DNA of 49,081 nucleotides from Nanobdellota archaeon (GCA_038046425.1 JBBSWG010000014.1:1-49081), one strand, 5' to 3'. Counted from the first letter of the stretch, positions 18,238 to 27,691 are shown. Notes: generated from the letters alone by a model not told the origin. Translations and numbers: made by a program.

Positions 18238-19377
18238 TTAATAGAGCTGGAGGCAGTTATTGAAGCTGAGCTGTTCGTTATCCTGTCTGATCTGCCGGGC
18301 TGAGGAAAGTAAGTCTAAACAGCTAGCCGGTGTCTCTAAACAGGCTCCTGCCGTATTCTGATGAGCTTGTAAAGCTTGTTGGAGAGCAGTAAGGTATGGT
18401 TTACAGGACTGCCTCAAGCTGGGGCTGGGATGAGCTTCATAATAGGCCAGTATCTCCTGCAGTTTCCCCCCGGCTATAGCTGTCGTAATTTCCTTACCTC
18501 CATAAATCTCATTAAGGTACTGTAAGCGCTGGAAAGCTTTCTGCATGTTGCATTCATAGAGTTCCGCGTTTTGAGCAAAAATGGCGGCATAACGGGCAGC
18601 ATCCCGTTCTCCCCCCAGAGAAATAATGCTCGCTTTCCCTCTTCTTTGCCATCGCTCGTTCTTTTTTTGATAATATTCAACTTGGTCTTTTCCGGAGAAG
18701 ACCACAGCCGTGACCACTTCATCATCCAGTAAGCGTACTTTTTCTGGGACGAGGGCCTGTTCTTGAATCACTCCACCATTGCCACCAACAAAATCAATAA
18801 AACGAACTTGTCGGTTCTGGCCAGGGTCAACCGCTTGGAGCTGGCTAGGGCTTACGGCCAGCGTATTGATCCGGAAGCGCGTGGCCATATCCGGTCTAGT
18901 CTCTTCCAGAAACTCTTCGGCAAAAGGCGTGCTTCCCACCACCACATATTTTATGTCGGGAGAAGTGACAAATAAAAAATCAATGATCTTAAAGGGCAGT
19001 TTATAGGGCAGGCTCCACAGGCTTAGCTGGGTAGCCTGAACTTCCGCCGGGCTGAACAGCGGATGCACAGAATCCTGGACGGAACCTGAACCACCTTTTA
19101 GGCCATACTCACTCACGCCCTCATGACAGAAAAAGGTTAAAGCATACTGGTCAAGGTTTGTATCCACGGTCGTCTTAGTTTTTTCTGAAAGGGAAGCAGC
19201 AGTAAAGATAGATTCAACCATGCGGACAAGGTCCTGACGCAGCGTCTCTTCCGAGCGCTGTTTCTGGGAGAAAATCAGGCTGAAGAAGAAAAGTAAAATG
19301 ACTGCTCCGGCAATAAGGACGTAGATCCAGTGGAAGGTCACTTGGATTTGGGCGTGGGAGTTCATTTCTTCATTCAC
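18238..19377 (-). CDS. exported protein with a pilin-like N-terminus (379 aa)
   Basis: MNEEMNSHAQ/IQVTFHWIYVLIAGAVILLFFF shares the AQ-IQ motif with its neighbours. It sits in the operon with the giant protein. Confidence 0.45.
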   Translation of the reverse strand: MNEEMNSHAQIQVTFHWIYVLIAGAVILLFFFSLIFSQKQRSEETLRQDLVRMVESIFTAASLSEKTKTTVDTNLDQYALTFFCHEGVSEYGLKGGSGSVQDSVHPLFSPAEVQATQLSLWSLPYKLPFKIIDFLFVTSPDIKYVVVGSTPFAEEFLEETRPDMATRFRINTLAVSPSQLQAVDPGQNRQVRFIDFVGGNGGVIQEQALVPEKVRLLDDEVVTAVVFSGKDQVEYYQKKNERWQRRGKASIISLGGERDAARYAAIFAQNAELYECNMQKAFQRLQYLNEIYGGKEITTAIAGGKLQEILAYYEAHPSPSLRQSCKPYLTALQQALQAHQNTAGACLETPASCLDLLSSARQIRQDNEQLSFNNCLQLY

Positions 19378-19382
19378 CCTTC

Positions 19383-19940
19383 TTAATTCCCCCGAGCGAG
19401 CTGAGTATAACTCCCTTTCCCTTCCAGGCGCAATGAAAATTGCCCCTTATTAATCTCCAGGCAGAGAAAGCTCGCACTATCAGGGCTGTCTACGGTAATC
19501 GCAAATACTTTTATAGGTACCGGGCCAGCGGGCTTCAGGAAGACGTTCTCGTCGACGCCGGCATAACCACTTTTACCTTCCTGCTGGGCTTGCTGCGCCT
19601 GTTTCCAGACCGTGCAGGCCAACTGATCCCGGCGACAAAGAGCGGTATATTCTTCCTCCGTAAATGGATAGTTCATATCCACAAAACAAATCTGCTCATA
19701 GCGCGAAGGCAGAGTAAATTCCTCTATCTGCGTGGAGCCGTACTGGGTGTAAATGCGCTTCACCGCACTTTCAATATCATTCTTAAACTGGATGAACTGT
19801 ACCTGTTCGCCCTGCTGCAGGAAATTGCCAATAGCTTTATACCCAAAGATGACGATGAGGGCAAAAGTAATTGCCATGACAACGAAGATGAATACTTGTT
19901 CCACGCCCATCGCTTTTTTATTCCAAAAAATGCTTCGCAT
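19383..19940 (-). CDS. small exported protein with a pilin-like N-terminus
   Basis: MRSIFWNKKAMG/VEQVFIFVVMAITFALIVIFGY: a KK-x-x-G motif followed by a hydrophobic helix with an early Glu. Confidence 0.45.
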   Translation of the reverse strand: MRSIFWNKKAMGVEQVFIFVVMAITFALIVIFGYKAIGNFLQQGEQVQFIQFKNDIESAVKRIYTQYGSTQIEEFTLPSRYEQICFVDMNYPFTEEEYTALCRRDQLACTVWKQAQQAQQEGKSGYAGVDENVFLKPAGPVPIKVFAITVDSPDSASFLCLEINKGQFSLRLEGKGSYTQLARGN

Positions 19941-19943
19941 TTT

Positions 19944-22900
19944 TTATCCTCTTCTTTTTTTGGCCAGTTCCTTTAACTTAGCAAACAAATCCTGGGCTTC
20001 ACTCTTACTGGCAACTTTATGAATACCCTTCCCTTGAGCCTGCCGGGAAATTGCTTCCAACTGGGCAAAGACGCTCTTCTCTTCCGGCCGCAGTCCAGGT
20101 TTGAGCTCCTCTTTATGCTCCGCGTAGACCTCAGCCAGCTGCTGCAGTTTTGGCAAATGTTCAGCTTTTCGTTGCAGCACGTTTTCAATATGGGGGATGC
20201 GGCTAGAGTCTTTAGTAAATTCTCTAAAAATAGTTCCCCGTTGCTGCGCTTTTTCCTTCTCCCGGCGGGCTTTTCTGAGCTGTAACAGTTTTTGTTTCCA
20301 GGGTTCTAGGAGAGAGGTGCGTTCCGCTGCTGGTGCCCGTCCCGCGAGACTAGGCAACGTTGGTGTTCCCCGCTTTCCTGACACTTGCCCAAATTTATAT
20401 AATTTATAGTAGTAGATAATAAGATATCCTGTCCCGGCTGCGACCATCACCAATCCCATAATGAGTAAAATCCAGGCGAGATAATTTGATTTCTGAAGAA
20501 ATGACGGCTCCCCTGGTTCTTTCTTCGGTTTCTCCTCTCCAGGTTCCTGATCTATTTTCACCGGGGCATCAAAGCGGCAGGGATCCTGCGCTTTCCGATA
20601 CTCATCATGATTGCCAAAAGCATCTTGATCGTAATCTTCCTGTCCATCCGCAATACCATCCGTATTAGAGTCCGCCTTCATAAAGTCCAGCTGGCATTCC
20701 GTAGCATGGTACATTTTCTCCCAATAATCCGGCAGGCCATCGTTATCAAAGTCAATGCTGCGGTTAAATTCAGGAGTTTGACCATCGGCACAACCCTGTG
20801 CATCGACAACGTCACCCGCACCCGTAGCGGGACAGAGATCACAACTCGTTCTGTCGCTAATTCCATCGCTGTCCGCATCAGTAAAGGAAATCTGCCGGCT
20901 TCCAGAAATATTCTTGCCAGCATAATTCTCCGCAGTATAACAAAGCCAGCCGTTGCTGGTGAACGCAAGTTGCTGGCCCAAATAATTCTGATTGGCAACG
21001 CAGGAATTTAAGGAAGCATGCTGTCCATACTTGATCTTGCTTACGCCTACAGCATCCTGATAATGCAACTCGGCATTGATCGAGGTACAGGAAGAACTCT
21101 CATTAAGCACGATGTCAATGACCGGAGCTGCTGCCTGCTTACAGAGGGTGTGATTGCTTGACGTTACCAGAACACCATCGCTTTCTGCCGGCAAGCTGAG
21201 CCAGCCGGCTCGATCCTGTACCTGTACCCGTGCTTTATATTTGTGGCTTTCATTTAAGCTGGCAACCGGTATCTCCAGCGGCAGCCCGGCGGACCAGCTA
21301 CCGTTAAGGATGAACGTTCCTCCCAGTGTACCACCTATCGTTTTGCTGGAGCTCGGCAAACTCGCTAAACTGGTGGCAGTTTTATTGCTGATAAACGTGG
21401 TGAGCTCAGGCGTTGATGAAATCTGCAGCCCCAAATCGTAGATTTGGTACAGATAATTGCTGACGTTCTGCTCACCGGTATAAATAAAAATCTGTAAGGC
21501 CGGGCTGCCGCAAGTAAGGTTTCCATCTTCCATCTTCGTAATGTTCGGCGGCGTTAGATCGATGGTAAACCGGGATGTCGCTTCCACCTGATGATCGCCC
21601 AAAGTACAACGTAACGGAATCTGATGATATTTCTCCGTCAATCCATAAAACTCCTGGGTATGGACTTTATCTCCCGTAACCGCCATCAGGATATGCTGTC
21701 CATTGTCCCGCCATTCACAGAGGGCAGACTTGCTGGTCTGAACGGTAACATTCAGGGAGGTGAAAGGTAAATAGTCTCCATCCGGCCAGACCGAGGTAAG
21801 GCCGCCTACCTGGCGGTAATCCACCGTAAAATTGATGGTGCGCAATTCTGAAAAATCGCCGGCCGCATTCCGGCACATCGTCGTCAGGGTAAAATCTTTG
21901 GTTAAGCCGGTAAAGGTGTTAACATTAAATCCCCGGCGATGTTTGGTGTGAAGGATTAAAGGTAAAGAAGGATCAGCTCCCGCCACTTCCCCCTCGGCTC
22001 CGGGAAAGGCAAAATTCATCAACGTGTACTGATCATGGCCAAGATCGCTGTACTTGCAGAGCGTCTTATCGTCAGTTTCTGCCACTACATCAACTTTCGT
22101 ACCCTCTAGCAACAGCGGCGGCTCCGTTTCCGCCTTGGTGATAATAGGGGGAGAAGGATCATACTCTAAATTCATTTTCTGTTGTGGGCCTACCTCTCCA
22201 TCAAGATTCTTACATTTTACATAAAGTGCTTTCACCCCGCCGATTTCTGAGTAGGGGGAAGCACCGCTATTATTGGGAAATGGGGAGAAGAGGTATCTCA
22301 TCTCGGGCGTCGGGGAAAGAACCCGTAAGGCGGGCACGGTATCATAGGTAAATGCCGGCAGAAATTCAAACCGGCATTCCTGCGTCGGCACTTTAGTGAG
22401 GAACTGCCAGTCAAAACTGGGTTTATTGCTGCTGCCCCATTGCTCATCGAGATAGTAATGAAGAAGCGGCTTCTCTAACATGATGCCATAGCCTTCGATG
22501 GACACTGTCCCACACTGGGGTGAATATACTGCCGTCTTCCCTTGATCGGTGGAATAATAACAAATTTCCGTCGAGTTCTCCAGCGTGAAGGTAGAGGAGT
22601 ACTCTTTATAATTTGGACTGCTCAGGTAATAGCACCCCTCGCCCAGACAATAAAACGTTTTATCGCAGGTGAAGCCTTCCGCTGTACATTCAAAATCTAC
22701 CTCGACGGCATCAATAAAGAACTCTTTCCAGCCGAATAAGGTGGGCTTAGCCACTCGTTTTCCTTCCCGCAGCACGATTTGGCTGCTGGGCGGGGTAAAG
22801 TCAACCGTGAAAGAAAAGAAATCTTCATACGTTTCTGGCGTCAATAACTCCCGGCAGATGATTTTATGCTCACCATTGTATTTCCCTTCAATAAAGCCGG

Positions 22901-25900
22901 GGACGAAAGGCGTTTCATGTACTTTTCCCTGCTCGTCGCTCAGGAAGTCAGCGATTTTCTCATTGCTGCTGGTCTTATACAACTCGCAGCGAGCACCAGC
23001 GGCGGTTGCTGTCCGAAACTTAATTTCCGGCGAGGAAACAATGCCCTTCAATGCCGGATGAACAATATCAATGCGCTCTTCTAAATCAAAGGTAAGGCGG
23101 TCCGCTTTCTGATTGGCATTGCCCTGGTTGTCGGTACAGGTTACATTCACGTCATAAATTACGCCCGGCAGATTTTCGTAAACCGCCTCTTTTTTCTGCT
23201 CTTTGGTGAGCGCTTTAACCTGTGTTTCTCCCAGCGGCAGGACGCTGGTTACGATAAATGAGCAGGCCATAGGCTCATTCGTTCCTTCTAAATACACCGT
23301 CAACTTAGTCTTATCCGCGAGCGTTATTTCTTTATGATTGATCTCAAATTGCGGCAAGACATTATCCACAAACACGAACGTTTCCTGGATGTTTTCCTGG
23401 TTGTGGTATTTGTCGGTAGAGTAAAATTTTAGGCGATAAGTCTCGCCGTTGATTTTCTTTTGCAGGAATGCTGACTCTAAAAGATTAACGGTTACCAGTT
23501 CCTGAGTTTGTATTCCGGGATAGGATACCTGGGAATTCCTAAAATCCTCCGTCGTACAGAAACTTTGGGCATCGGCAGCAGCGCTGGTCAGGCAATAATG
23601 GAACGTGCCCAGGGCATTTTTCTGGGAAGGAAAGGGATGGAAATCATCATTCCCCAAAAAAGTTGCGTTGGGAGTGGCGTGTGAGATTACCTGCATCCCT
23701 TCCGGAACGGTTACCGTATGGGGCGGGCTGACATCTAGTTTACAATTTTGTCGCTGGGCACCGCTGGTAAAGCCAGTACAATCATCCTGTCCATCACCAT
23801 CGCCATCTTTAATGCAGGAACCGGGTGAAAAGCTGTCGTGAGCGCCTTGCCAGCTGCAGCGTTTCCAGCTACAGCGGTCAGCAGAGGGAATGATCTCGCC
23901 AAAGGGTGTTCTGTGGATGTTGCTGGAATCACTACCGGAACCAGCACATTCCAGTTCCGTAGTATAGCTATAACAGTTAGCATTTTTGGTGGGCACGTCA
24001 CCACAGGAATTACATTGACTGAGCTCCGAATCAGAAAAACATTTTCCTAAAGCGGAGCAGACTTGCGCGTTACAATAATAATTTTCAAATACGGTAGCTG
24101 TTTTACTGCAACGGGAACATTGGTCGTCATCATCATACTTTTCCTGCACACAGTAGCCATGCCCCGTTTCCGGCGTTACTAAGCCGGGCATATTGAGAAC
24201 ACCGTAATCAATGATTGGTTCCGAGTTAGCAGCAGCGTCAACCCAGGCACATTTCGCACCTAAACAATTGTTAATCGTACAGGCATCATTGCTTTGATAT
24301 TCAAAACAGCTATTGAGTTCCGCACAGCTCGTACAGCCATTGACGATAGATTTTGTATAGTCATAGTAGCAGAAATTAGTAGCCTCTGCCGGATCAGCAG
24401 CCCCGTAACAGGTAAAGCGGGAATAATATAAGCCAAACGGATCGGCAAACAGGTTACAGGGACCGGCATCCTGGCAATCAGCCCTGAACTCGGAGATGGA
24501 GGAACAGAAATAATTCTCGCCGGGGCCGTCACGCCCGGCACAATTTTGCACCGTAGCCAGCTTATTTTCATTGCTGCAAGTGTATACTGTTTTCCGCACA
24601 GCTGTATTCCCCACCAGGCAGAACGTTTCCCAGCCAGCACTTTCATGATAGCGTTCTTCGCATTCTTTATCACCGAGCGTGATGGTTCGTACGGTTTCAG
24701 CTGCTGATTGCTTAGTAGGATATTGTGCTTTGATGCTGTAAGTATAGGTTTGTTCCCATTCGACTTTATCATCAAGGTAGGAATTCTGGGCCGGGGAGAA
24801 GATGAACGGTTCCGGTTCTCCCTCTTCAGTTTGTTTCGTAACCAGATAACCGATCACTTCCGGGCAGGGCTTGAGCCATTCTAAACGAACCTGCTTCTTT
24901 CCCGGCACGTGTTGCAGCGAGAATTGTTCTACGTTCTTCTGCTCCTCAGCTTGTCCTTCGGTACATTCGCCGACATAGGCAGTCAAAAGTAGGTTACCAA
25001 GATCAACCAACTGGCCTGCAGCTACCGTGAATGATTTTTCAGCCTGAAAATTCAAGTGCGTGGCCGTAATGGTGTGCTCCCCTTCCAACATACTTAACTC
25101 AAATGTTCCTATTTCCTGAAGATCATCAGAATATTGTGAATAGCCGCGGAAATTGCCATCAATATAGATTTTAACCCCATATTGCTGCTCATCAATATCA
25201 GCTAGGCTATTCCCATTAGCATCAACCGCTGTTTTTCCTTTTACCCCCTGTACGGCAGCCAGGCTTAACGTAAAGTCTTCCGTCTGCTCGGCCGTGAGCT
25301 GAACTTGCTTTTGCTGGGGCTGATAATTGATCTTGCTGGCGGTGATGGTATATTGTCCTGAGACTAACTCCGTAATCACATAATTTCCGGCCTGGTCACT
25401 ATAAACCTGCCCGCTGGCTGGACCGGTCCAGGAGATGGTAACTCCAGAAAGGCCAGTTCCAGTTAAAGAATCAGTAACCGTCCCTAAAACTTTCAACGCC
25501 CCGCCAGCGCTCAACGTTACCGTTTTCTCAGCTACTTGGCCCGAGCCCAGAGAAATGGTGGCTGAAGCTGATTGAAACCCCGATTTTGTGACCGTAACCA
25601 GATAGCTGGAAGGGTTTAACCCCGTGAATTCAACCCGGCCATCACTTCCCGTGGTTCCCGACTGGGCTACGCCCTGAATTTGTACTAAAGCGTCAACAAC
25701 CGGTCCCTGAGCATCCCGCACCGTAACTCTGATTATCCCTGGCTGTACTTCAACTTGACAGAGCTGCTGGTTACAGCTGGCTACCGTCATACCAACAGGA
25801 TTATCATACTGCACGACAGGATTAGGAGGGGGAAAACCTAATTTCTTAGCCATATCATCACACTGAAACTTATTTAATCCAAACTGACAGAATTGGTTGC

Positions 25901-26276
25901 TGATTTTACAACAGCCGGGTGAGCAGTAAAAGTTGTATTGGTTTTCTGGTACAGCTACTCCTCCCAGATTTTGACATTTTCCCAGGGCATGCTGCTGACA
26001 ATCAGCAGAACAGGTCACGAGCTCACACTCCGGAACGATACTGCAATCCTGCCCCGGCAGAAAATATTGCGACAGGCTGCAGCCAGGATGAGTATCACAA
26101 TCTTCCGCCGCTTCCGTGTCAAGTGTATCGAAAACGCAGTAGAGATCTTCGCTGGCGCTAGGGTAGATGTAACAGCCCGCTACTTGTGCCTGAGAATTAA
26201 AAGCGTTAAGAAGGAAGAATAAAACTACCAGTAGTACTAAAGCTACAATAATCGGGCCTCTTTTTAGTACGCTCAT
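19944..26276 (-). CDS. giant (2110 aa) Cys-rich cell-surface protein with a C-terminal TM anchor and cytoplasmic tail
   Basis: N-terminal signal. CarboxypepD_reg-like beta-sandwich repeats at about 25250-25740. Long Cys-rich tracts. Aspartate-rich repeats like thrombospondin type 3 at 20577-20885. TM helix at 20406-20483. A 153-aa K/E/Q-rich tail. Confidence 0.85.
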   Translation of the reverse strand: MSVLKRGPIIVALVLLVVLFFLLNAFNSQAQVAGCYIYPSASEDLYCVFDTLDTEAAEDCDTHPGCSLSQYFLPGQDCSIVPECELVTCSADCQQHALGKCQNLGGVAVPENQYNFYCSPGCCKISNQFCQFGLNKFQCDDMAKKLGFPPPNPVVQYDNPVGMTVASCNQQLCQVEVQPGIIRVTVRDAQGPVVDALVQIQGVAQSGTTGSDGRVEFTGLNPSSYLVTVTKSGFQSASATISLGSGQVAEKTVTLSAGGALKVLGTVTDSLTGTGLSGVTISWTGPASGQVYSDQAGNYVITELVSGQYTITASKINYQPQQKQVQLTAEQTEDFTLSLAAVQGVKGKTAVDANGNSLADIDEQQYGVKIYIDGNFRGYSQYSDDLQEIGTFELSMLEGEHTITATHLNFQAEKSFTVAAGQLVDLGNLLLTAYVGECTEGQAEEQKNVEQFSLQHVPGKKQVRLEWLKPCPEVIGYLVTKQTEEGEPEPFIFSPAQNSYLDDKVEWEQTYTYSIKAQYPTKQSAAETVRTITLGDKECEERYHESAGWETFCLVGNTAVRKTVYTCSNENKLATVQNCAGRDGPGENYFCSSISEFRADCQDAGPCNLFADPFGLYYSRFTCYGAADPAEATNFCYYDYTKSIVNGCTSCAELNSCFEYQSNDACTINNCLGAKCAWVDAAANSEPIIDYGVLNMPGLVTPETGHGYCVQEKYDDDDQCSRCSKTATVFENYYCNAQVCSALGKCFSDSELSQCNSCGDVPTKNANCYSYTTELECAGSGSDSSNIHRTPFGEIIPSADRCSWKRCSWQGAHDSFSPGSCIKDGDGDGQDDCTGFTSGAQRQNCKLDVSPPHTVTVPEGMQVISHATPNATFLGNDDFHPFPSQKNALGTFHYCLTSAAADAQSFCTTEDFRNSQVSYPGIQTQELVTVNLLESAFLQKKINGETYRLKFYSTDKYHNQENIQETFVFVDNVLPQFEINHKEITLADKTKLTVYLEGTNEPMACSFIVTSVLPLGETQVKALTKEQKKEAVYENLPGVIYDVNVTCTDNQGNANQKADRLTFDLEERIDIVHPALKGIVSSPEIKFRTATAAGARCELYKTSSNEKIADFLSDEQGKVHETPFVPGFIEGKYNGEHKIICRELLTPETYEDFFSFTVDFTPPSSQIVLREGKRVAKPTLFGWKEFFIDAVEVDFECTAEGFTCDKTFYCLGEGCYYLSSPNYKEYSSTFTLENSTEICYYSTDQGKTAVYSPQCGTVSIEGYGIMLEKPLLHYYLDEQWGSSNKPSFDWQFLTKVPTQECRFEFLPAFTYDTVPALRVLSPTPEMRYLFSPFPNNSGASPYSEIGGVKALYVKCKNLDGEVGPQQKMNLEYDPSPPIITKAETEPPLLLEGTKVDVVAETDDKTLCKYSDLGHDQYTLMNFAFPGAEGEVAGADPSLPLILHTKHRRGFNVNTFTGLTKDFTLTTMCRNAAGDFSELRTINFTVDYRQVGGLTSVWPDGDYLPFTSLNVTVQTSKSALCEWRDNGQHILMAVTGDKVHTQEFYGLTEKYHQIPLRCTLGDHQVEATSRFTIDLTPPNITKMEDGNLTCGSPALQIFIYTGEQNVSNYLYQIYDLGLQISSTPELTTFISNKTATSLASLPSSSKTIGGTLGGTFILNGSWSAGLPLEIPVASLNESHKYKARVQVQDRAGWLSLPAESDGVLVTSSNHTLCKQAAAPVIDIVLNESSSCTSINAELHYQDAVGVSKIKYGQHASLNSCVANQNYLGQQLAFTSNGWLCYTAENYAGKNISGSRQISFTDADSDGISDRTSCDLCPATGAGDVVDAQGCADGQTPEFNRSIDFDNDGLPDYWEKMYHATECQLDFMKADSNTDGIADGQEDYDQDAFGNHDEYRKAQDPCRFDAPVKIDQEPGEEKPKKEPGEPSFLQKSNYLAWILLIMGLVMVAAGTGYLIIYYYKLYKFGQVSGKRGTPTLPSLAGRAPAAERTSLLEPWKQKLLQLRKARREKEKAQQRGTIFREFTKDSSRIPHIENVLQRKAEHLPKLQQLAEVYAEHKEELKPGLRPEEKSVFAQLEAISRQAQGKGIHKVASKSEAQDLFAKLKELAKKRRG

Positions 26277-26303
26277 GATACAGTCAGAATTAAATCGTCT
26301 TCG

Positions 26304-26311
26304 TTTATAAA
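26304..26311 (-). promoter_or_regulatory. TATA-box-like element for the giant gene
   Basis: TTTATAAA is centred about 31 nt upstream of the minus-strand ATG at 26276, which suggests a leaderless or short-leader transcript. Confidence 0.45.
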
Positions 26312-26331
26312 GGTGCTGGGTGTAATAAAAC

Positions 26332-26877
26332 TCATTTCCCCCGCGACATCCTGCGCAGCAGGGTAAACACGTCTTTCGTCTCCCGCTTCGTGAAAGGAAG
26401 ATAAACCGGTCCTTCTTTCTTTTCCCCTAAAAGCTGCTCTAAACGCTCTAGGGCTTTCTGCTGTGATGGGGAAAGAAACCGTCGTTTCCGCTGCTCCTGC
26501 ACGACCAGGACAAGTTTCCGGAAATTTTCCGGAAGAAGAACTTTCGTAGGCGCTAGGCCCCAAGAGGCCAGTATCGTCTCCATTTTTTGATGTTTGGCTT
26601 TATCTTTATGCTCAGCCTGCTGACGCTGGATTCTCCTTTTGACCCCTGGCGGGGATGGGTACGGGTAATACCACCGCTTTTCTTCTGTCTGCTCTTCCGG
26701 CAGGGGCAAGGAAAGCGATCTTTCTGGTGCGAATAAAAATTTCCAGAGAAGATAAGCGAGGGCCAGGCCCAGTAGAAAGAGAATGAGCAGGGTTGCTGCG
26801 GTCATGAGCGAGAAGAAATAAGTTGGAGAATATAATTGTTTCCCTAACTGTGCTATCCCAATGTTATTTAACTCCAC
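26332..26877 (-). CDS. single-pass membrane protein with a basic helical tail
   Basis: 181 aa with a GTG start. The N-terminus ...GIAQLGKQ... is followed by a TM helix, then a K/R/E/Q-rich tail resembling the tail of the giant protein. The start codon is uncertain. Confidence 0.45.
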   Translation of the reverse strand: MELNNIGIAQLGKQLYSPTYFFSLMTAATLLILFLLGLALAYLLWKFLFAPERSLSLPLPEEQTEEKRWYYPYPSPPGVKRRIQRQQAEHKDKAKHQKMETILASWGLAPTKVLLPENFRKLVLVVQEQRKRRFLSPSQQKALERLEQLLGEKKEGPVYLPFTKRETKDVFTLLRRMSRGK

Positions 26878-26884
26878 TCCCTAA

Positions 26885-26897
26885 ATCTTTAAATATT
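26885..26897 (+). promoter_or_regulatory. TATA-box-like element for the zinc-ribbon gene
   Basis: ATCTTTAAATATT lies about 30 nt upstream of ATG 26923. The same ATCTTTAAA core is seen upstream of mcm (6371) and at 32920-32933. Confidence 0.4.
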
Positions 26898-26922
26898 CCT
26901 CATCATCTTAGCCCGTTAAACC

Positions 26923-27312
26923 ATGTCGAACATCCAGTTGCGCAGCTGTGAACTCTGTAAGGCGGAAGTGCCTGCTAGTTCAGTTAAATTGTATCCTAAA
27001 AGCAATGAGCAGACCTGGATGCTCTGTGAGCCCTGCTGCGAAAAGATGAAACAGCGCCGAGCGGTAGGACAACCAGCTTCTAAACAAGAACAGCAGCAGC
27101 CGATTCGTAATATCGTGCAGCGAACCTTGGCCAAGGTGAAATCTGCAGCCCAGTCTGAGTCTGGCTCTGATTCTTCTGCCGCGGCGGAATACCTGCAGTT
27201 GCATTGCCGGCGCTGCAATTATCATTATCGGGTGGACGAGAAGAAGGCCGGTACGCGGGTGAATCCGGCCTGCCCCTATTGCGGGAAAGGGGATCAAGTG
27301 GAGAGGAAGTGA
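26923..27312 (+). CDS. double zinc-ribbon protein, paralog 1
   Basis: CELC...CEPCC at the N-terminus and CRRCNYHYRVDEKKAG...CPYCGKGDQ at the C-terminus. It is clearly a paralog of 33007-33306. Confidence 0.7.
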   Translation: MSNIQLRSCELCKAEVPASSVKLYPKSNEQTWMLCEPCCEKMKQRRAVGQPASKQEQQQPIRNIVQRTLAKVKSAAQSESGSDSSAAAEYLQLHCRRCNYHYRVDEKKAGTRVNPACPYCGKGDQVERK

Positions 27313-27431
27313 GAATTTTGCGCAGGAAAATTCTCGGGTGGGGGAACGGGGTGGAGAATTCAATTGCCCATAACAAAGGTTATTCAAAACCTCCTATCCT
27401 TTCACCCCGGCCAGCTTCACTTCTTTGATGA

Positions 27432-27638
27432 TTTCCGGATAATAAGCATAGGCTAGTGGTCATAAAGCTTCCGCCATACAGCCCAGAACTGAATCCCATC
27501 GAACAAGTTTGGAAAAAAGTAAAGAAGTGGCTGGCAATCACGCCGTGGGCAACTGAAAAAGAGTTTGAAATAAAATTGGCTGAGGCTTTGAACAACCCTG
27601 ATTTTAAGGTTAAAATGTTTGAATATTACTCACATTAA
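27432..27638 (+). pseudogene. IS630/Tc1-mariner family DDE transposase, C-terminal remnant
   Basis: FPDNKHRLVVIKLPPYSPELNPIEQVWKKVK carries the diagnostic PYSPELNPIE block. Only about 68 codons remain, preceded by an in-frame stop, and no N-terminal part or TIRs were found. Confidence 0.75.
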
Positions 27639-27691
27639 CTATACCTGAAAGCAAAAAGCATATAAAGTCGTGTATACGTTTAAAACATTAT

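Noticed and set aside
19440-21011. Several 70-180-aa plus-strand ORFs antisense to the pilin-like and giant genes. The same applies to ORFs at 22542-23084, 24260-24775 and 25919-26222.
   Set aside because: All are nested within, or antisense to, the uninterrupted 2110-aa reading frame and its neighbours. They are typical shadow ORFs of a long gene.
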